A stretch of DNA of 47,046 nucleotides from Nemertoderma westbladi (Eukaryota; Animalia; Xenacoelomorpha). The notes under the pieces were generated by a model. That model did no database searches. It was not told the origin of the DNA and saw only the letters and a program-made list of their open reading frames with translations. The translations under genes and the position numbers were made by a program. This document shows positions 46,976-47,046 of this stretch, one piece after another. Position 1 is the first letter of the stretch. Each line of letters starts with the position of its first letter. Where the stretch lies: the NCBI GenBank assembly GCA_032718475.1, contig JAUCBJ010006903.1, positions 1 to 47,046 of the forward strand, written 5' to 3'.

Positions 46976-47046
46976 GTTTGGAGAAATTTGAGATAATTTC
47001 AAGGAAAATTACGCGATTACTAAATGTGAACACTACTCGGTTAAAA

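Overview
AT-rich animal (invertebrate-like) genomic DNA. One spliced host gene can be reconstructed on the + strand: a divergent EGFR/ErbB-family receptor ectodomain (signal peptide, L1, furin-like CR1, L2, start of CR2). It has 10 recognisable GT-AG exons between 4804 and 27758. It may be pseudogenised: there is an in-frame TAA after the signal peptide, and an exon needed to keep the frame in CR1 is missing. No TM or kinase exon was found. The rest is mostly mobile DNA. Retroelements: a BEL/Pao integrase fused in frame to a 5'-truncated CR1-group LINE (1-3846); a Gypsy element with non-TG/CA LTR ends (28030-39459) carrying a nested Mag-like Gypsy with identical LTRs (31535-36822); a near full-length RTE-X-like LINE whose ORF1 and AUG-less ORF2 are separated by a single in-frame UAG (40522-44454); tRNA-derived SINEs. 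DNA transposons: a TTAA-flanked Kolobok-like element (6375-9166) inside a 41-bp minisatellite; a CACTA/EnSpm-like non-autonomous element (17817-24329) carrying a 39-bp minisatellite. There is also a 30-bp minisatellite. Other notable signals are a complete minimal type I hammerhead ribozyme in a sense-strand intron (17371-17432) and two fold-back or templated-insertion scars. All calls come from reading the sequence by eye; no database searches were run, so clade names are inferences from motifs.
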